DNA of 1,290 nucleotides from Naegleria gruberi (Eukaryota), in the NCBI GenBank assembly GCA_000004985.1, contig GG739454.1. The stretch is one strand, 5' to 3'. Positions 1 through 1,290 of this stretch are shown in pieces. A program made the translations under genes and the position numbers. Positions within the stretch are counted from its first letter, which is position 1; every line of letters begins with the position of its first letter. The notes below the pieces were generated by a model. The model was not told where the DNA came from, ran no database searches, and was given only the letters and a program-made list of their open reading frames with translations.

Positions 1-254
1 TAATATGTATAGCATTGATTAGGTTCAATGTTCGTTTCGAATAGATTGCCTCAATTCCCAAGTTTACAATTTTATGGTATTGCTCTAATTTCAGGATAGT
101 AATCCCTACATACTAGAGAGCATGATCCGAATAGCGATTTGGGATCCAAATAAAACATATGAATCAAAACTAGATTTTGTTTTTTGAAATTATTATTGAC
201 TTCATTCAATTCTATTATTATTCATTGTTAGTGGAATGGGAAAAACTATATTTC

Positions 255-264
255 AAAAACAAAA
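255..264 (-). terminator. RNA polymerase III terminator: T4 then T5 tracts on the tRNA strand, immediately 3' of the tRNA
   Basis: After discriminator A (plus 270) the minus strand reads TTCAA-TTTT-G-TTTTT (plus 261-264 aaaa; 255-259 aaaaa). The first T4 run starts 6 nt after the tRNA 3' end, the classic Pol III termination signal. Confidence 0.6.
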
Positions 265-269
265 TTGAA

Positions 270-342
270 TGCTGACGGACGGGATCGAACCGGCGACCAA
301 TGGCTTATTAGACCAACGCTCTACCGACTGAGCTACGCCAGC
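270..342 (-). tRNA. tRNA-Ile, anticodon AAU (AAT in DNA; A34 expected to be modified to inosine in eukaryotes)
   Basis: Minus-strand sequence (plus 342 down to 270): GCTGGCG TA GCTC AGTCGGTA GAGC G TTGGT CTAATAA GCCAT TGGTC GCCGG TTCGATC CCGTC CGTCAGC A. It folds by hand into a 73-nt cloverleaf. The acceptor stem has 7 bp including one G·U. The D stem is GCTC/GAGC with an 8-nt D loop. The anticodon loop CTAATAA has U33, anticodon AAT at plus 307-309, and purine 37. The variable loop is 5 nt. The T loop is TTCGATC. The A box (TAGCTCAGTCGG, plus 324-335) and B box (GGTTCGATCCC, plus 281-291) match Pol III consensus. CCA is not encoded, so this is a eukaryotic nuclear type. The architecture and anticodon loop closely resemble known eukaryotic tRNA-Ile(AAU). 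Two non-canonical pairs (U27·U43, C50·U64) lower confidence slightly. Confidence 0.85.
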
Positions 343-390
343 TTACACAATCATTGAGTATAACCTTAAGAATTCTCTAATATAACAAAT

Positions 391-414
391 AACGGCTCTA
401 CTGACTTACCTACG
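391..414 (-). other. Degenerate tRNA 5'-half-like fragment (relic of partial tRNA duplication?), same orientation as the tRNA-Ile gene and 48 bp upstream of its 5' end
   Basis: Plus 391-414 aacgGctctacTgactTaCctacg aligns with tRNA-gene plus 315-337 aacg-ctctacCgactGaGctacg. That is 20/23 identities plus one 1-nt indel, covering the tRNA D-arm/A-box region (tRNA positions ~6-28). Confidence 0.4.
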
Positions 415-464
415 AATTAATTAAATAACATATTTCAATCTTTTTCATTTTTTAGATTTTTCAT

Positions 465-473
465 TATAAAAAA
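465..473 (+). promoter_or_regulatory. TATA-like element (TATAAAAAA) in the promoter of the downstream ORF
   Basis: tataaaaaa at 465-473, about 80-88 bp upstream of the first in-frame ATG (553). This fits the yeast TATA-to-start spacing range. It is embedded in poly(dA:dT) tracts (441-453 tttttcatttttt; 468-480), which are typical nucleosome-excluding promoter sequence. No transcript data. Confidence 0.3.
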
Positions 474-552
474 TACAAAAATTCGGATCATCAAAGATCA
501 CCAATTGTTTCAATCACTAATTTTTGATCACAACTTATTAAAATAGTTATTA

Positions 553-1290
553 ATGATGATGAATACAATTCCCCTTCTAACATTGGGAATACAAACGACT
601 CCAGTCTACGTTCCTCATTCCGATTTTATGCCCTCTCCTCTTCATCCAAATATCAATACAACAACAACAACAATTGATCGGTCGGTGAGGAGTGTTAGTT
701 GTGGTGGAACGTTTTTTGTGGTGCGATTGTGGGATTCTATTGGTAATCAAGCATTGAATAATGCTGCTGCTGAAGAGTTGTATATCAAGTTTTCAACACC
801 TAAAACAACTCAATCACCCTACTTTAAATCACTTAATTATGTTGTGATGAATGATGCATTTCGGAATGTGAATGGTGGTGGTGATACGAGTGTGGATGTG
901 TTGAATAATGATAGTAATCCGTTTTATCAATTGGATTATCGATTGGCTATAGAAGAATTGAAATTGGGAAATTGTTATCAAGTGGAAAATGTGTTTTGTA
1001 ATCAGGTATTCATAATATTACAAATGAGGAATAAGTTGATATTGGCTATTGAAAGTTCATCTGGAACTTTACACAAGTCAAAGAAATTTATGGATGATTC
1101 CAGTTTGGGGATTAAGGAAATTGTGAGTGGACCTCTTGCACTTCATATTCTCGTTCGTGGAACTGATAATATGGTGTATTATTTTCGTGCTGATGCTAGC
1201 TCGTTTTCAGAGGATCCAAAATTACATTTGGATTTAACAGAGAGGAAATATGTCATGTCGGCATTGAGTGGGAGATCAACATTTGTAGTT
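553..1290 (+). CDS. Uncharacterized protein, N-terminal 246 codons (3'-partial; ORF continues past window end)
   Basis: Open frame 1 from ATG 553 (ATGATGATG, three consecutive Met codons) to 1290 with no stop. An in-frame stop TAG lies at 544-546 just upstream. Translation: MMMNTIPLLTLGIQTTPVYVPHSDFMPSPLHPNINTTTTTIDRSVRSVSCGGTFFVVRLWDSIGNQALNNAAAEELYIKFSTPKTTQSPYFKSLNYVVMNDAFRNVNGGGDTSVDVLNNDSNPFYQLDYRLAIEELKLGNCYQVENVFCNQVFIILQMRNKLILAIESSSGTLHKSKKFMDDSSLGIKEIVSGPLALHILVRGTDNMVYYFRADASSFSEDPKLHLDLTERKYVMSALSGRSTFVV... Codon usage is strongly biased (TTG Leu, AAT, GAT, GGT, AGT, AGG/AGA Arg) in the yeast/Candida style and clearly differs from the flanking non-coding DNA. Short hydrophobic beta-strand-like segments (TFFVVRLW, YFKSLNYVVM, VFCNQVFIIL, LALHILVRG, NMVYYFRAD) alternate with G/D/N-rich turns, suggesting a beta-rich, possibly propeller-like, N-terminal domain. 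I cannot assign a family. Confidence 0.75.
   Translation, partial: MMMNTIPLLTLGIQTTPVYVPHSDFMPSPLHPNINTTTTTIDRSVRSVSCGGTFFVVRLWDSIGNQALNNAAAEELYIKFSTPKTTQSPYFKSLNYVVMNDAFRNVNGGGDTSVDVLNNDSNPFYQLDYRLAIEELKLGNCYQVENVFCNQVFIILQMRNKLILAIESSSGTLHKSKKFMDDSSLGIKEIVSGPLALHILVRGTDNMVYYFRADASSFSEDPKLHLDLTERKYVMSALSGRSTFVV
658..672 (+). repeat. (ACA)5 trinucleotide microsatellite inside the CDS, encoding Thr5
   Basis: Directly visible: aca aca aca aca aca at 658-672, in frame, within a low-complexity N-terminal segment (..HPNINTTTTTID..). Other in-frame triplet runs are ATGx3 (553-561), GCTx3 (763-771) and GGTx3 (874-882). Confidence 0.9.

Noticed and set aside
124-146. Local hairpin gatcc–N13–ggatc (124-146)
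   Set aside because: The stem is only 5 bp with a 13-nt loop and no adjacent T-tract. It is too weak to call a structured RNA or terminator and most likely incidental to the BamHI-like ggatcc palindrome.
1-269. Solo LTR or retrotransposon remnant in the AT-rich flank downstream of the tRNA
   Set aside because: I see no TG…CA terminal dinucleotides bounding a plausible 200-400-bp unit, no target-site duplication and no internal LTR-like promoter architecture. It is just AT-rich low-complexity sequence with short attatt/ttcatt reiterations. A genome-wide repeat search would be needed to call an LTR, and I cannot support it from the window alone.
1-269. Small ORFs on either strand in the left flank
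   Set aside because: All three plus-strand frames hit stops within the first ~60 nt. All three minus-strand frames contain stops (plus-strand tta/cta/tca at 19, 51, 113, etc.). The longest open stretches are far below 100 nt and have no coding-like codon bias.
486-530. Reiterated GATCA/TGATCA motifs (486-490, 496-500, 526-530) and a CCAAT pentamer (501-505) upstream of the ORF as transcription-factor sites
   Set aside because: These short motifs recur frequently by chance in AT-rich DNA. CCAAT lies only ~48 bp from the ATG. Without conservation or binding data they cannot be called regulatory elements, so they are noted only as candidates.
1003-1040. Possible spliceosomal intron beginning at caG|GTATTC (~1006)
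   Set aside because: gtattc does not match the yeast 5' splice-site consensus GTATGT. No TACTAAC branch point follows. The reading frame runs through the region without interruption and with unchanged codon bias.
142-1220. 9-bp direct repeat ggatccaaa at 142-150 and 1212-1220
   Set aside because: A 9-mer repeat is expected by chance several times in a 1.3-kb window. One copy is intergenic and the other is inside the CDS, with no extended similarity on either side.
1-1290. Possibility of a prokaryotic defence or accessory system (CRISPR array, toxin-antitoxin, etc.)
   Set aside because: There are no spaced direct repeats, no Shine-Dalgarno-linked ORF cluster and no operon structure. The tRNA lacks encoded CCA and has a Pol III T-tract terminator and A/B boxes. 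The intergenic DNA carries TATA and poly(dA:dT), and the ORF is a single long intron-less gene with yeast codon bias. Everything points to a eukaryotic (yeast) nuclear locus, so no defence-system call is supportable.

Overview
This looks like an AT-rich (~35% GC) yeast-type nuclear locus (Saccharomycotina, Candida/Debaryomyces-like codon usage), not a prokaryotic accessory region. It has four parts. (i) 1-269 is an AT-rich non-coding flank with stop codons in all six frames. (ii) 270-342 on the minus strand is a complete 73-nt tRNA-Ile(AAU) gene with a canonical cloverleaf, internal A and B boxes, no encoded CCA, and a downstream Pol III T-tract terminator. (iii) 343-552 is a ~210-bp divergent intergenic/promoter region containing a TATA-like element and poly(dA:dT) tracts. 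(iv) 553-1290 on the plus strand is an intron-less ORF that runs uninterrupted off the right edge of the window (246 codons here). I could not assign its product to a family from sequence alone. Two things are worth a second look: a ~24-nt degenerate copy of the tRNA 5' half sitting 48 bp upstream of the tRNA, and an 11-bp perfect inverted repeat flanking the tRNA. Both are modest. I see nothing that supports a novel multi-gene system and no CRISPR array, mobile element or defence genes in this window.
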